Positions 23,717 through 37,125 are shown, counted from the stretch's first letter. The stretch: 64,000 nucleotides of DNA from Balamuthia mandrillaris (GCA_031835245.2 JAVKOQ020000071.1:62001-126000), one strand, 5' to 3'. The notes: generated by a model from the letters alone, not told the origin. Numbers and translations are program-made.

Positions 23717-25305
23717 CACATACATTGGAGGTAAATATTATTCGGTTTGTCACATCATCCCCAAACACTTTGACCAAATGAGAATGAATACATTCCATCA
23801 ACTTCATATCATTTGGGTAATATTAGTTCCATTTTAAAACAACAATAATAATAAAGCGAAGAGAGAAGCAAAGCAGAGAAGAAAAGCAGAGATAAGAAAG
23901 AGAAGAGGCAAAGCGAACCCTGGACTGTATGAGACCGGTAACCTTGGTGTTGAGAAAGCCAAAAACAATTTGTCTAAATATCTTTGCTTTGGGAAGATAC
24001 AGATGAATGTCTGCTTGCTTTTCACAAAATCTGTTTTTGTTTTGTTTTGTTTTGTTGTTTGAACGAACATTTGAAAAGAGAGAAAGCGCAGAATCAGAAG
24101 AAAGAAAGGAAAAAGAGGAACGAAGAGTGGCAGAGTACTAACTCTTGCCAAGTTGGAGCAAGTTCTGCCTCAGCATCAAAGAGAGTAGCAGTGGTGTAAT
24201 TGGCAGTAATGATGTCTATGCTGAGCAGCCATTCGTTGTTGGTGACAAAGTCGGCTCTTTTATCTGTCTTTATGCGCAACGGATGTGCTACGGATATCTT
24301 GTTTGTGTCATATTCTTGTAAACTTGTTTTGTTGCAACGGGAAAGAAAGTATAAGACAAGCAAGAACGACTTTTTTTAAAAAAAAAGAAAACACAACAAA
24401 GGACTGACAAGAAAGCAAGAAAGAATGGAAAGAACAGAGGAACCATCGATAGGCTTTGGTGTCTTTGAGAACATCGCGAAGAAGGTTGGTTACTTTGGCG
24501 CGATACCTGCTGAAAGGCCCAATACCTTTCTCCGCACTATACTTTTCCATCTTTTTTTTTTTAATAAAAAAAATAACGGTAAGACTCGAAATGAAGAAAT
24601 ATAACACAACAAAGAATGGAAAGAAGGGTGCAGAGGAAGGCAGAGCGAAGAGAGAAGAAGAAAGAGAATGGTGGAAAGAGAAATAAAATGAAGAATGAAG
24701 AAAGAAGAAGAGCGAAGAACGAAGATAAGAAGTAAGCATGCATGATGAAGCATGAAGAAGAAGAAGAACGAAGAAGAACGAAGAAAGAGAAGAAGAACAA
24801 GAAGAACAAGAACCAAGAACAAGAAGAATGAATAACGAAGAAGGACCACTTAAACTGACCTGTATGAACTCTTGAAGCAAGGCCCAAGAGTCGAAATAAC
24901 CGTGGGCCTCCGAGAGAACGTCCAGGTAATACCTCGCTTCGCTTGCTTTTGGTATCGATACTTTCAAATAAAGGTAAATAGTGAGAAAGAAGAAGAAGAA
25001 GAACAAGAAGAAAGAGAAGAGAACAGGAGAACAAGAACAAAAAGAAAACGACGAAAGAAAGAAAGAAAAAAAAAACAAACTCTTCCAAAGCTTTGTGAAT
25101 TCTTGAAGCGATCGCGTTTCTTTGAGTCTACAGGATAACAAAAAAACCAAAAAAAAAAAACGACTGTAAACAACATGTTGAAGACCCAAAGCACGCAAAC
25201 CTACATCTTTTTCTTCTGTTCAACCGAAAGCTCTTCTGTGGGCAGGATGCTTTCGCCGCTCGTCCAAGCGTCCGAGCCGGCTCTCACGACGCTTGGTTCT
25301 TCCAT
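23109..25305 (-). CDS. Uncharacterised ~350-aa protein (10 exons) with polymerase-palm-like motifs
   Basis: Nine GT-AG introns give one open frame containing EFTKLWKISIP..YYLDVL, LLSIDIITANY, WQEF, AKIFRQIVFGFLN and IFTSN|DEIVI. Confidence 0.75.
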
Positions 25306-25694
25306 TCCGCTCTCTTGTCTTTTATGTCTCGGTAGTCGACAAAAACAACCAGAGTGAATTTGGATTGGCGCTTTGAATATCGCTTCGGGAGATTGATCTT
25401 CCTGAGTCGACAAATATCCATATTTTTATTTTTTGATAGTGGAATAGCTTGAAATCTCGTGTGAAATATAATAATTCTAAGAAGGAAGAAGGAAGGAGAA
25501 GAGGTCAATGCTGAGCGATGCTCAAGCTCTTCTCTCTTTGGTCTGTTGCGTTGTGGTTCCAACCCCCTACACATCCACGAGCATTAGCACCACGAGCGGC
25601 AGGGGAGCATCTCGAGGCGGGACAGGAAGCGCAAGAAGCGCGGCTTTGGGGGGGGCTGGCCTTCCCCTTGGAAAGAGGTCACCATTTTCTTAAC

Positions 25695-26064
25695 TCATGA
25701 CGTGCCAGCAAGAGAAGCAGAAGCAGAAGAAGAAGAAGAAGAAGAAGAAGAAGAAGAAGAAGAAGAAGAAGCTAGGTCAAGCACCAGGTGGGCTGTGTAC
25801 TCCTCCAGACCCGGTGTGAACTCGGGATGCGGGCCACAGAGCACCACCCGCCCTGCGCCGCACGCCCCCGAGATCACGGCAGCCTTGCCGCAGAGCGACC
25901 GAGCACACTTGCCGTGCCATTGCTTGGTCAGGCCGCGCAGCTTCACGTCCACCACCGTGTAGTGAGTGGTGACCTGGTTCTTCCAAAACGCGGGCTGGTT
26001 CCTGCAGAAATACGCTCCGTTTCTGTAACACACTTCCACTCGTTCAAATGCCGACGAAGAGGAA

Positions 26065-26099
<35 letters not shown>

Positions 26100-26657
26100 A
26101 GAAGAAGAAGAAGAAGAAGAAGAAGAAGAAGAAGAAGAAGAAGAACAAGAACAAGAAGAAGAACATGAAGAAGAACATGAAGAAGACTCAGAGAAAGAGG
26201 AGGAAGAACATGAAGACCGAGAAGTAGTGGCAGAGGGAGAAGTGGCTTGAAGGGTCACGTAGCCCCTCATGTCCACTTGTTTGTCCCAAGGGGCAACCAA
26301 GGTCTTGACGGGCAGCAGCCCCAAGCCCAGCTGGCTCTCGTGCAGCGCCCCGAGGCATGCCCCCGCACAGATGCCCACGAAGCGACCGCCCTGGTTGCTG
26401 ACCCAGTCACGCACCACCTCCCCATCTATCTTTCTGCTGAGGTTGAAGACCCGACCGCCAGGCACCACCAGCGTGTCAAAGCCGTGCAACTCTTGCAGGT
26501 CACGGTGGATCTCCACGACCACGTCACGGGTAATGCTGCGGTGCGGCGAGGCCGAGGCTTGGTCCAGGAAGAGCTTCACTTGGTCGGCTTGTCGCTTGTC
26601 GATGCCAGGTCCGTCATAGACGAGGACCCGTCGTTCCTCCTCCTCGCCCGTTTGCAT
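25695..26657 (-). CDS. Stand-alone BPL_N-like class I glutamine amidotransferase-fold protein
   Basis: VLVYDGPG, LVVPGG, GGRFVGICAGA (nucleophile elbow) and GRVVLCGPHPEF. Internal Ser-rich microsatellite insert. Confidence 0.82.
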
Positions 26658-26929
26658 GTTCGTTGTTGGTTTGGCACACCGCGGCGTTCGCCTTCATGCT
26701 TTTCGCCTTCCCTTCCTTCTTTTTTTTCTCTGAAGAAGAGGCTGCGAAATGAAGGGGGTCTCTGTTTTGCGGCAACCGGTCTCGCCCGAACTGCCCCTTG
26801 AATAACGGACATCTGCCGGCCGTGTTGGAGTCATCACGTTATTGGAAATTTCTCATGCAATCTTGAAACAAGACCTTATATAGAATTTTTGATGACGTGG
26901 ATTGGCTTAAAAAGGAGATATTTAACAGT

Positions 26930-28812
26930 ATGGAGAAGAAAGAAGGCGAAGGAGGAGAAGCGCCGTGGACAAGGGTCGAAGGAGAATGGCGGCTGGGCAC
27001 GGGGCCTACCGCCCGGGATCTGCTCCTGCCTGGAGAGACCCTTCCGGCCCTGACGCAACAAAGCGGAGTGCAGTTTGCTCTGCTGTAGGTTACGCTGCTA
27101 TTCTTTTATTTGATGATGTTTCTCTACTTGCGACCATTCACCCCCCTTTTTTGTGCTGTTCCCACTTTAGCGTGCAACAACCACAACAGAGTGAGGAGGG
27201 TGCGCTCGTTCTTACCAGCCATCGGTTGATATGGACGATGGACGCCTCTTCGTCTCATACCAAGAAACCACGAATGAGCGGTGCTTACTTTCTTTCTTTG
27301 CCGCACCCCAACATTCACAAAGTGGATGCTCTCAAACAGGTTTCTTTCTTTCTCTTCTTTAGTGTTGTTGTGCCGTGTGGCAATGTTGTCGTTATATTGT
27401 TGTTGTTCGTCTTGTTCTTCTTGTTGTTGTAGTTCTTCTTCTTCCTCTTCTTCCGCTCTTCCGCTCTTCCGCTTCCTCCTCTTCTTTTTTGTTGCTTCGT
27501 CTTCTTATTCTTTTTCTTGTTCGTCTTCCTTTAGACCGTTGGTTTGAACACGGACAAGCCAACAGCCCAAGTTACCTTTACAGAGGAATGCAACAACTGC
27601 CCGCCTCTGCTTCTGATCTTCAATTCTGGTGGCCGAAACTTGTTTCTCTCTCGTTGGCAAAAAGTGCTCGACCAAAAGCCTTGGTTGTTGCACCGTGCCT
27701 CCTCCTCCTCCACCTCTTCATCTGCTTATGTTTCTTCTTCTACCTCTTCAGTTCGGTCGGCTGGTGTTTGTACGATCTTAACTCGTTCCCTTTCTTCTTT
27801 CTTCTTTCTTCTTTCTTCTCTCTTCTCTCTTCTTTCTTCTTTCTTCTTTCTTCTTTCTTCTTTCTTCTTTCTTCTTTCTTCTTCTCTGTTAACTTTTGAA
27901 ACAGCTGCCTTAATGCTTCAAATGGACGAAAAGGCAAAACGAACGGAGAACTCGTTAGCACAAGCTTTCACGGATCTTAACGCATTGATGGCGATGGCCA
28001 AAGACATGGTGGCTCTTGCACAGCGTTTCAAGGCGGAAACTCTTTCTTCATCCTCCTCTGCATCTGAAGACGATGCTGCGCAACAACAATTTGGAGAGTA
28101 TTTATTGAGCATGGGTATCGCTTCTCCTGTCACTCGGTTTGTTGCTCCTTTCTTTCATTTCTTTTTTTTTTTCAATTCCGCCTCTTTGTATATCTTCTCA
28201 CTTCTGCTCTCTTCTTAAACATGACAAGAGAATCAGCAGGTTCCCAATATCATAGACAATTAGCAAAAGAGCTGTCCGACTTTTTGTGCACCAACGACGA
28301 ACGGCAACCATCCTTTTTGGAGAGAGCAGGTGGCATGATTGCTCTGACCGACCTTTATTGCATCTTTAACAGGGCTCGTGGCACAGGTTCTTCTTCCGCT
28401 TCTTCTTCTTGGTTACCTTCTTCTTGATAACCAACTTATTTTCATCGTACAGAGTTGATATCACCAGAAGATTTGTACAGAGCGTGTCTTCTGTTGGAAC
28501 GTCTCTCTCTTCCCATTCGTTTGCACAAGTTCGAAAGCGGCGTTCTTGTCGTTCAATCCTGTACGCTTTCTTCTCTCTTCTTCTCTTCTCTTTCTTCACC
28601 AATGCTTAAACAAAACTAAACAAAACAATATTATAGTATCTTACAGAGAAGAACAAGTGGCTCAAAGAATTGCAGCCTTTGTAGAACGACAAGGCAAGTG
28701 CAGCGCTCTCGACGTTGCCAAAGAGATGTCTCTCTCTTTGCCTCTTGCCACTCAACAATTATTGGTTCGTGTTTCTCTTTTTCTTTGTATCTTTGTGCTC
28801 TCTTGTCTGTTA

Positions 28813-28844
<32 letters not shown>

Positions 28845-28976
28845 TTTCTCTCTCTCTCTCTCTTTGTTTAATGTTTCACAAACAAACAGAGCACAGAACA
28901 AAGAGGTTTGTTATGCAGAGACGAGTCTATAGAAGGTCTTTTCTTCTATCCGAATTTTTTCCTACAATCCGCTTGA
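26930..28976 (+). CDS. VPS36: ESCRT-II subunit Vps36/EAP45
   Basis: [12 protein letters not shown] (GLUE domain), [71 protein letters not shown]. Confidence 0.92.
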
Positions 28977-28998
28977 AACATTTAAAAAAATAAGATCA

Positions 28999-30673
28999 TC
29001 ATTGTAAAAGAAGCGCAAGTCTTTCTTTCATCTCTTGCTGTGTCCCAGCGGCCGTTAGCCCATGAGTTATGCAAAGGTGTTGCACTTCCTCCGCCGTTAG
29101 GAGTCTCAGTCCTTCCACCAAGATAGGAAGTAGATCGTCCTCCACTGTTATTCATTTTTTCGAGTTAGTGAAGAAGATGAACGAAACACTTTCAAAAAGC
29201 AAACAGATACGTACGGGTTTCTCCATCAAGCTCTGGATCAGGAACCACTTCTTTCCTTTCCAGCTTCATCTTCTCTTCCTCTTCCTCTGCTTCTGCTTCT
29301 ACTTCTGCTTCTTCTTCTTCTCTATCTTGCTGCATTCCCTCTTCTTTCTCGTCTTTGTGTTGCTGAGAACTCTTCTTCAAAAAGAGGTTCTGAAGTTCTG
29401 TCAGGTAATAAGAGGGATATAAACTCCAAGCTTCCCAAACGCGCAGCACTCTCAGCACTTGCTCCTTCAGATTCTCCGAAGTCATTCGCCCGGTGATCGA
29501 ACGCAAGGTGTCGTGCATGCTTTCAAAGATAGTTGGTAACTTTCGTTCGAAACTATAAATAAGTGGGAGGGGTTTTTTTGTTAGCTATTGAGGCTCCCTC
29601 AAGAGAAGAGAGAAGCACAGAACGAGAGAACGAGAAGCAGACAAGAGAACGAGAGAATAACTGCAAATAACAAAACAAAAACTTACAAAGTACGATAGGC
29701 AGAGGCGTTGGGCACCGGCGCTGTCGAGTTGTGTAAAATGTCCGACACCAAGAACAGCCTGGCCACTTTGGTAGCCACAGGGGTCTCCTTCAGGGTCAGT
29801 GCCTCCGTGAGAATCTCCACCACCTCCTCCGCGCACTCGCTATGGTCCAGCGCAAAGCACATGGCCTCGCGGATGCGCGGGCGAGAGAGGGTGAGAGCTC
29901 GCAGGAGATCCTCAAAGTGGTCTCGTTGGGAGGCGGAGAGCTCTTTGGCTTTTATGCTGCTGCTGCGTTCGCGTCGTTGGCGATGTTCTCTTCTGTCCTC
30001 GTCTCTTTCTCTGCTTCTGTTTCTTTCGCGTTCTCTGTCTCTGTCTCTGTCTCTGCTTCGGTCCCTGTCTCTGTCTCTGTCTCTATCTCGACTTAGTGTG
30101 TTATTTCGCCGATCTCTTTCTCTATCTCTGTCTCTGTCTCTTTCTCTATCCCTACTTTGTTCTCTGGAACTCGATGAAGTGTGTCTATCTCGCTCGCTTC
30201 GGCGACTTGGTGGACTTCTGCTTCTGCTTCTTCGTCGTCGACGGTGTGGGCTAGGGCTTCTACTTCTGCTCAAACTCCGACTTGAGCTATGAGGTCGTAG
30301 TCTTCGTTCTTGTTTGTTATTATCTTCATTATTGTTGTTAGCTTTCCTTCTCTCGTCGTCGTTTTCCGTTCGTTGTGGTGGTGGTGGTGGTGGAGTTGAA
30401 GATGAAGAAAGAGGAGAAGAAGGAAGAGGAGGAGGAATCCAAAAAGGGCCACCAGGAAACATTTGAAAGGGTTCGGTGGACCAGTGTTGATCGCTGCCGC
30501 CTTGCAGCAGCGAAAATACTTTCCACCGATAATAAATGTTTTCATCGGAGTTGGCCTCGAACAGAAATGCGAACAAAGGATTCTCTTTCTCTTTCTCCAT
30601 TATCAATTGCTGTATCATTTATGTTCGAATTTTAAAAAAAATGAGCAAAAGTATGAATAAAATGACTGTCAAG

Positions 30674-30712
<39 letters not shown>

Positions 30713-31449
30713 CTAGCGAACGAGAATTGAGAAGAGGGATGGTTTTACCTCAAATTGTTGACCCTCTTTAGCGCTGTAAGACGCAAGATGATTAATAAGG
30801 TTCAGATGAGTGATATCAGTTGGTATAATCACTCTCCTTTCGAGCGGTTGTTGCTGCATCATCGGCGGTATTATCACTGGTGATTGTTGTTGTGGATGAG
30901 GTTGTTGTTGGTACGGTTGCTGCTGTTGTTGATAGAGATTGATGGGTGCTCCAGCTCCCATCACCATTCCTGGTGCTGCCATCATAGCTGCTGGCGCCAT
31001 TCCCAAAAGTCCTTTTTTAATTTATAAAGAAGTAGTATGAATAATATTCGTGAGTGAGGAGTGAGGAGAGAGGAAGTGAGTGGAAGTGAGTGAGTGAGTG
31101 AGAGACAACAAAGAAAGAAGAAGAAACAATGAGGAAGCGAAGGAACAAACCTGGTTGCCCAGGAACACCCTGCAAAGAAAATAAAACGAAATGGAGAAAA
31201 TGGCGGTATGGTGTCCGTTAACCCAACAGTCAAAAACAAAAAAAAAAACGTCTCTAAGTTAGACGTACGATGGTAGGGGTTGGATAGATGGAAGGCATCA
31301 TGGATGCTGAGGCAGCAGGTGGTGTTGTCGCAGAAGAGGGAACAACGCCTGGAGTGGGTTTCTTGGCTTGGGGCACGGCTTTGCCCCACCCCAATCGCAT
31401 GTCGTACCCGTTCAGTACATAACCTTTTTAAATGTGCGTGCTGATGTGA

Positions 31450-31494
<45 letters not shown>

Positions 31495-32277
31495 CGAAAG
31501 AGACCTTGTAAGCCTTCTTTAGCTGCCTCAGCAGACTTTCTGTCTTCAAATTGTACAAAGCCACAGTTTCTGTTACGCCGTTTTTCCTCATCAGTACGCG
31601 GCCACATGATCTTTACGCTAATCACCGGACCATATTTGCCAAACTCTTGCAACAAAGCCTCTTCGGTGACCGCTGGAGAGAGGTTGCCAACGTAGAGGTT
31701 GGTGGTGGTGGGATCTCCTGTGTCGTAGGAGCCCATGTCTGCAGGGTAGTCCTTTATGTCTGAAGTCGGACGACTGAGAGTGGGATTAGGAATGTGGTAA
31801 GCCAGAAGGAGATAAGAGAGGAAAGGGAAGAAGCGAAGGAGAGAAGGTGAGAAGGAGAGAAGGAGAGAAGAGACGAACACTCCCAAAAACTCTTCCTTGA
31901 GCTCATCGATGACCCTCTTTTTAGACTTGGGTTTCGTGGAAGAACTGGCCGAGTCGTCTGGCGAAGCAAATGCGGCAGAGGAAGAAGAGGACGACTTTGG
32001 CAAAGAAAACAGTGGTTTGGGGGTGTACAGCTTTGAAGACGAACCAGACGACGAAGAAGAAGAAGAAGAAGACGACGACGACGACGACCGGGAGGAAAGC
32101 GGGGTTGAAGAAGTAGGAGAAATGGTCATCGTCCCTCCACGAACAAAGGTCTTGCTTTCGGTGCTCGGCCCTGTCTCAAACGAAGCGACGAACTCGGCAT
32201 AGATGGCTGCTGTCTCTGACTCCTCTTTCTACAATATCGTTAAGTCAGCATGCCATGTTGGGTAAAAGAAGCAAGAG

Positions 32278-32322
<45 letters not shown>

Positions 32323-32813
32323 CAGAGCAGAGCACAGAGAGAGAGTAGAGAGAGAGTAGAGAGACAGAGACAGAGACAGAGACAGAGACAGAGACAGAGA
32401 CAGAGACAGAGACAGAGACAGAGACAGAGACAGAGACAGAGACAGAGACAGAGACAGAGACAGAGACAGAGACAGAGACAGAGACAGAGACAGAGACAGA
32501 GACAGAGAGGCTGGAGTGAATGAAAACAAGAGAGCGAGAGAACAAGAAAAACGAAGAAAGAGAGCAAGAGAAAGAAAGGAAAAGAGAGAAAGAGCAGAGG
32601 TAAACGTACCTTTTTCTTGGCTTCCAGTTCTTCCATGTGCTTCTGGAAGGGGCTCTTCTTCTTGGAGGTTTGCGCCAAGGTCTGTATTTTACGTTGAGAC
32701 ATCGCGATGCGTTCCTCCAACGTGCTTCCCGAGGCGGCACCATGGTTGTTGCTGCCGCCGCTGTTCGTCTGATCCTGAGAGCTCGTGTTGTTGTTCTTTT
32801 GTGTGGAGGACAT
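28999..32813 (-). CDS. U2SURP: U2 snRNP-associated SURP-motif protein (SR140): RRM, SURP, CID
   Basis: GSYDTGDPTTTNLYVGNL..SVKIMWPRTDEE..NCGFV; NPLFAFLF..YYRWKVFSLLQG; KVARLFLVSDILHNS; VLRVLRVWEAWSLYP. Confidence 0.93.
32362..32507. repeat. (GACAGA)n hexanucleotide microsatellite in U2SURP intron 1
   Basis: Seen directly. Confidence 0.95.
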
Positions 32814-33065
32814 CTTTGTTTTTTTTTCTCTCTCTCTCTCTCTCTCTCGAGATGGATTGATTTTAAATGCAGAAAAAGACTGAAGAGGCTCGTAGGACAA
32901 GGGAGTTCGTGTTGTTGCTCGGAGAGATGCAGCGTCGACGTTGATGCATCGACGGCGTCTTCTGCTTGTTGATTTCTTCTTTCTTTTCGTTTGTCTCACT
33001 AGTTGAGGAGTCATTCAAGACACAACTACTGCCTGTACTTGTCCTCTTCATTGAACATCATATCA

Positions 33066-33113
33066 TGACGTCACCCTTGATCTCACCCATTTTACCTCAT
33101 TCCACTGACGTCA
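33066..33113. promoter_or_regulatory. Two perfect CRE-type palindromes (TGACGTCA) in the U2SURP/RPB6 divergent promoter
   Basis: TGACGTCA at 33066 and 33106. This is the known bZIP consensus. Confidence 0.5.
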
Positions 33114-33197
33114 TCATGCATTTTTGTTCCTTGAAGTGTCCACCAAAGAACTCAAAAAAAAAAGCAGAAGAAAGAAAAAGAGAAGAAAGAGAACAGA

Positions 33198-33762
33198 ATG
33201 GCGAGCAGCTCGGAGGACATGGAAGGCATGGACATCGCCGGAGGCGGAGGCATTCAGCTCATTCCACAGACCTCCGCGTCGGCGGACGAGGGCACCGCTG
33301 GCGGGGCAACGACGGCAGGCGCAGACGGGGACGAGGGCACCCCCACCGAGATGAAGGAACGACGGACCACTCGCTACATGACCAAATACGAAAGGGCTCG
33401 CATCTTGGGCGCTCGTGCACTGCAGATCAGGTTTTTTTTTCTTTCTTTCTTTCTCTCTCTCTCTCTTTTTTTTTCTTGTGCCTCTCTGCTCTCTGCTCTC
33501 TGCTCTCTGCTCTCTGCTCTCTGCTCTCTGCTCTCTCTTCATTCCTCCTCTTCTCTTCTCCTCTTCTCCTGCTCACTCTTTCCTCCGCAAACAAAAAAAC
33601 AGTATGAACGCGCCGATAATGGTGGAGCTGGAGGGAGAGACGGACCCGCTGGAAATAGCGCAGAAGGAGCTGAGAGAGAGGAAGATCCCCATCATCATAC
33701 GGCGTTATTTGCCCGATGGCAGCTATGAGGACTGGAGCTTAAACGAGCTGGTCATCGAATGA
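33198..33762 (+). CDS. RPB6: RNA polymerases I/II/III shared subunit RPB6
   Basis: [64 protein letters not shown]. Confidence 0.97.
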
Positions 33763-33962
33763 AGGAATGGAAGAAAGAAAGAGAAAGAGATAAAGAAAAA
33801 GCAAGAAGAAAGAACGACGGAAAGAACGCAAGCAAGCAAGTAAGAGAAGAAACAGAGATCCTTGCACAATAACCAAACAAAAATGAAAGCAAGCGAAGAG
33901 AGAAGACGAGAAGACAAAAAACGAAATAAAGTGGAAGAAGAAACGAATTTGTTTGTTAGCTC

Positions 33963-34335
33963 TTAAGAAGATGAAGATGAGGAGGAAGAACCTCCATGTT
34001 GTTGTTGTTGTTGTTGTTGTACTTGTTGCTGTTGTTGTAGTTGTGGTTGGCTGTTAAAGATACTGCGAGCCCTGCCGAGCAAAATGGTGGAGGAGGAGCT
34101 GTCCTTCAAGCCGGTCGTTCGCACCCAGGACTCGAGCATGGCATTGGCTGACAACCCAACAAAACCCGTGAAGCCGACGAGCCATGCGCCATATCTTCTG
34201 GGCAACGGAGGTGCTGTGATAGACATGGCTTGTGAGTTGAGCGAGAGAGAGACGAGAGAAGCGAGAGAGACGCGAGGGAGAGGTGGAGGTGATAGACATG
34301 GCTTGTGAGTTGAGGAGAAAGCAAGAAAGAAAGTC

Positions 34336-34384
<49 letters not shown>

Positions 34385-34554
34385 GCAGTCTGTAATTTGA
34401 GGTTTTGAGGAGGAAGGCAGAGCGGACCGTAAACGAAGCCAGCGATGGCGGATGCGGCGGTTCCAACAAGAGTGGCGGTGATCCAGAACGGAGAGACGTT
34501 GGCCGCCACCGTGGAGAAGGGCACGTCCGGGATCTCTTCTTTGGTGAGAGGCAT
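33963..34554 (-). CDS. Small hypothetical membrane protein with two hydrophobic segments (2 exons)
   Basis: GTCCGC...CACAG intron joins FWITATLVGTAASAIAGFVY to APPLPRRYGAWLVGFTGFVGLSANAML in frame. Confidence 0.6.
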
Positions 34555-34852
34555 CTTTCTTTTGTTGTTCTTTTCCGGTTTCGCTTTCTTTTTTTTTTTA
34601 TTTGTTCTCCGTTGTCGACAAGAATCGATTACTTGAGGAGTCGATTCAAATCTCAGACGAGGGTTATAGGGGCTGACGTGTGCAGAGCGAAGGGGAGAAA
34701 AATCGCGTATCCCTCATCCCTCTCCTTCCCCTCTCTCTTCTTTCGTTCTCTTTTTCATTTTATTCCAGCAGTTCAGCCAGGGCCATACATACCAAGGGAG
34801 GGGCAAACACATCCGAGTGCAGATCCCCAGGGAGGTTTTAAAAAAGAACGAA

Positions 34853-35649
34853 ATGGTGTCGCTCAAGTTGCAGAAGAGGCTTGCCGCCTCTGTCATGAAA
34901 TGTGGCAAGAGGAAGATCTGGTTGGACCCCAATGAGGTCAACGAGATCTCCATGGCCAACTCTCGTACGTTCTTTTTTTTTTTCCTTGTTGCTTGACTCT
35001 CAAAACACAAGCAGCTGGGAATGGATTTTAATCGTTCGCTTCTTTGGCTACCATAGGCCAGGCTGTGCGTAAGCTCGTCAAGGACGGTTACGTGATCAGA
35101 AAGCCCCAGGCCATTCACTCGCGTGCCCGCGTGAGGAAGAACCTTGCTGCCAAGCGCAAGGGCCGACACATGGGAACTGGTAAGCGCCGTGGTACCCGTA
35201 ATGCCCGTATGCCCGACAAGGTCATTTGGATGCGCAGAATGAGGGTTTTGCGTCGTCTCCTCCGCAAGTACCGCGAGCAGAAGAAGATCGACAAGCACCT
35301 CTACCACGACCTCTACATGAGGGCCAAGGGTAACAACTTCAAGAACAAGCGTGTGCTGATGGAGTACATCTTCAGGGCTAAGGCCGAGAAGCTCAGAGAG
35401 AAGGCTGAACGCGAACAGGGTGAACTCCGCCGACAGAAGAACCGTCAGCTCAGGGAACGCAGAAAGGCCAAGATCGAGAAGACTCTGGCTTCCCTCGAGG
35501 CCAAGAAGGAGGAAGGCACCACCCCCTCTGCTACTCCCGCCACATCCACTCCTGCCCCTGCCGCCGCCGCTGGTCAGGCCAAGGGAGGCGCCAAGAAGGG
35601 AGGCAGCGGTAAAGGAGGCAAGAAAAAGGGCGCTGAGGGCCGTAAGTAA
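34853..35649 (+). CDS. RPL19: 60S ribosomal protein L19 (eL19)
   Basis: [53 protein letters not shown]. Confidence 0.98.
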
Positions 35650-35819
35650 ACTTACTATGACCCTTGAGCTGAAACCCTTCCCTGCCGCACTGAATAAACT
35701 GCCCCTCTGTTCTTTGCAAACGTTATCTTTCTTGTCTCTCAACTCTGTCTTTTCTTTCAACCTTCCCTCTCTCTGTTCTCCTTCTGGTGCGGTGATACCG
35801 CTCGCTCTCTCGCTCGCTC

Positions 35820-35850
<31 letters not shown>

Positions 35851-36044
35851 TTCCACGCTTCCAATGTTGACTGGGTGAATAGACACACAAGAATTGAAGG
35901 CGTAACAAAAATATTTTTTTGTTGTGTTTCACAAGTAAAAACGAAGGTGCAGTGTTGTGGTTGTCTCCTCTATGTAGACAAGAGTTTTTTTTTCATTCTT
36001 TTGTGTGGGTGGCGATGAAGGCAAAAAAAGGGGGTGCGTGGCTA

Positions 36045-36620
36045 TCACACCGTCGCCCGGATCATTTGCAACAAAGCTGCAACGGTGGGATAGAATAAAA
36101 ACAGAAGGAATGAGGACTCCAGAAAGAGGATGAATGGAGGGAGAGGAAGAAAGTGAGACAGCAAAGGAAAGACGGCACGCACCAGATCCAACTACGACAA
36201 AGAGGAAGAAGCCAAGGACGATGGGGCCAACAGGGGGCATGCTGTCCTTTTTCTAAACCCAAAAAAAAAAAAGAAGGGGTTTGAGATGGAAGGAAAAAAG
36301 AGCAGGAGAGAAATAGAACTAGAGAGTAGCAAGGGGGGAAAGGATAGAGAGAAGGGGAAAAGAGAAGGAGAAGAGAGGCACAGGGCAGTGTTGAGGGACA
36401 GAGGGAAAAAAAAAAGGGAATTCTAAGGGAAGAAGAAAAAAGTAGAGCGAAAGAGATTTTGTGTTGTGTTTTAAAAAGATACCAACCTTTTCAGACTGAA
36501 CAAGGCCACGCTTTTCAATGTTCTTGTGGAACTTCTCGCTCCTTTGTCTCAAAACACGGGAAGACTGCAAAAAAAAAAAAGAGTTCATTCATCAGATGAC
36601 TCGCTCAGCATACGAGAACG

Positions 36621-36674
<54 letters not shown>

Positions 36675-36717
36675 GGAGAGAGTGAGAGAGAGAGGGGGAG
36701 AAAAAAAGTGGTACCAT
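36045..36717 (-). CDS. SERP1: Stress-associated ER protein SERP1/RAMP4 (4 coding exons; the first contributes only ATG)
   Basis: Spliced: MSSRVLRQRSEKFHKNIEKRGLVQSEKKKDSMPPVGPIVLGFFLFVVVGSALLQMIRATV. Confidence 0.9.
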
Positions 36718-37125
36718 TTGTGTGTGTAGCTTAAGAAAAAAAAAAGTGGGTTGTTGGTTGTTTGGTTTCCCCCTCTTCCTTCCGAAAAGATTGTCTGTCT
36801 GTGGAGAACGAATTTCGGTTTTGTCACAAAACAAAGAAGAGACACCCAAAAAAAAAATAAATAAATAAATAAAATATCACGTTTGAGGGTTCTAGAATTT
36901 CCTTTCTTGGACAACATTTCTGCCGCTTCTACACAAAATGTGGTCGATTGTTTCACGTTTGAGCTGACGTAGCAGTCAGCGGATTTCCGGCGGAGATTTG
37001 CTCCATATATGAACCCACCAATCTGAAATCAGAGGATGGATTGCAATCTTACACGAGGAGTCGTTGATTTATAAGGCTTGATCGCTACGAAGAAAAAAAA
37101 AAGTAAAAGAAAAAGATTTTGGTGG

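Noticed and set aside
34216..34314. 26-bp direct repeat suggesting non-canonical splicing
   Set aside because: A canonical GTCCGC...CACAG intron explains the gene. The repeat is a local intronic duplication and only one copy has an acceptor AG in the right frame.
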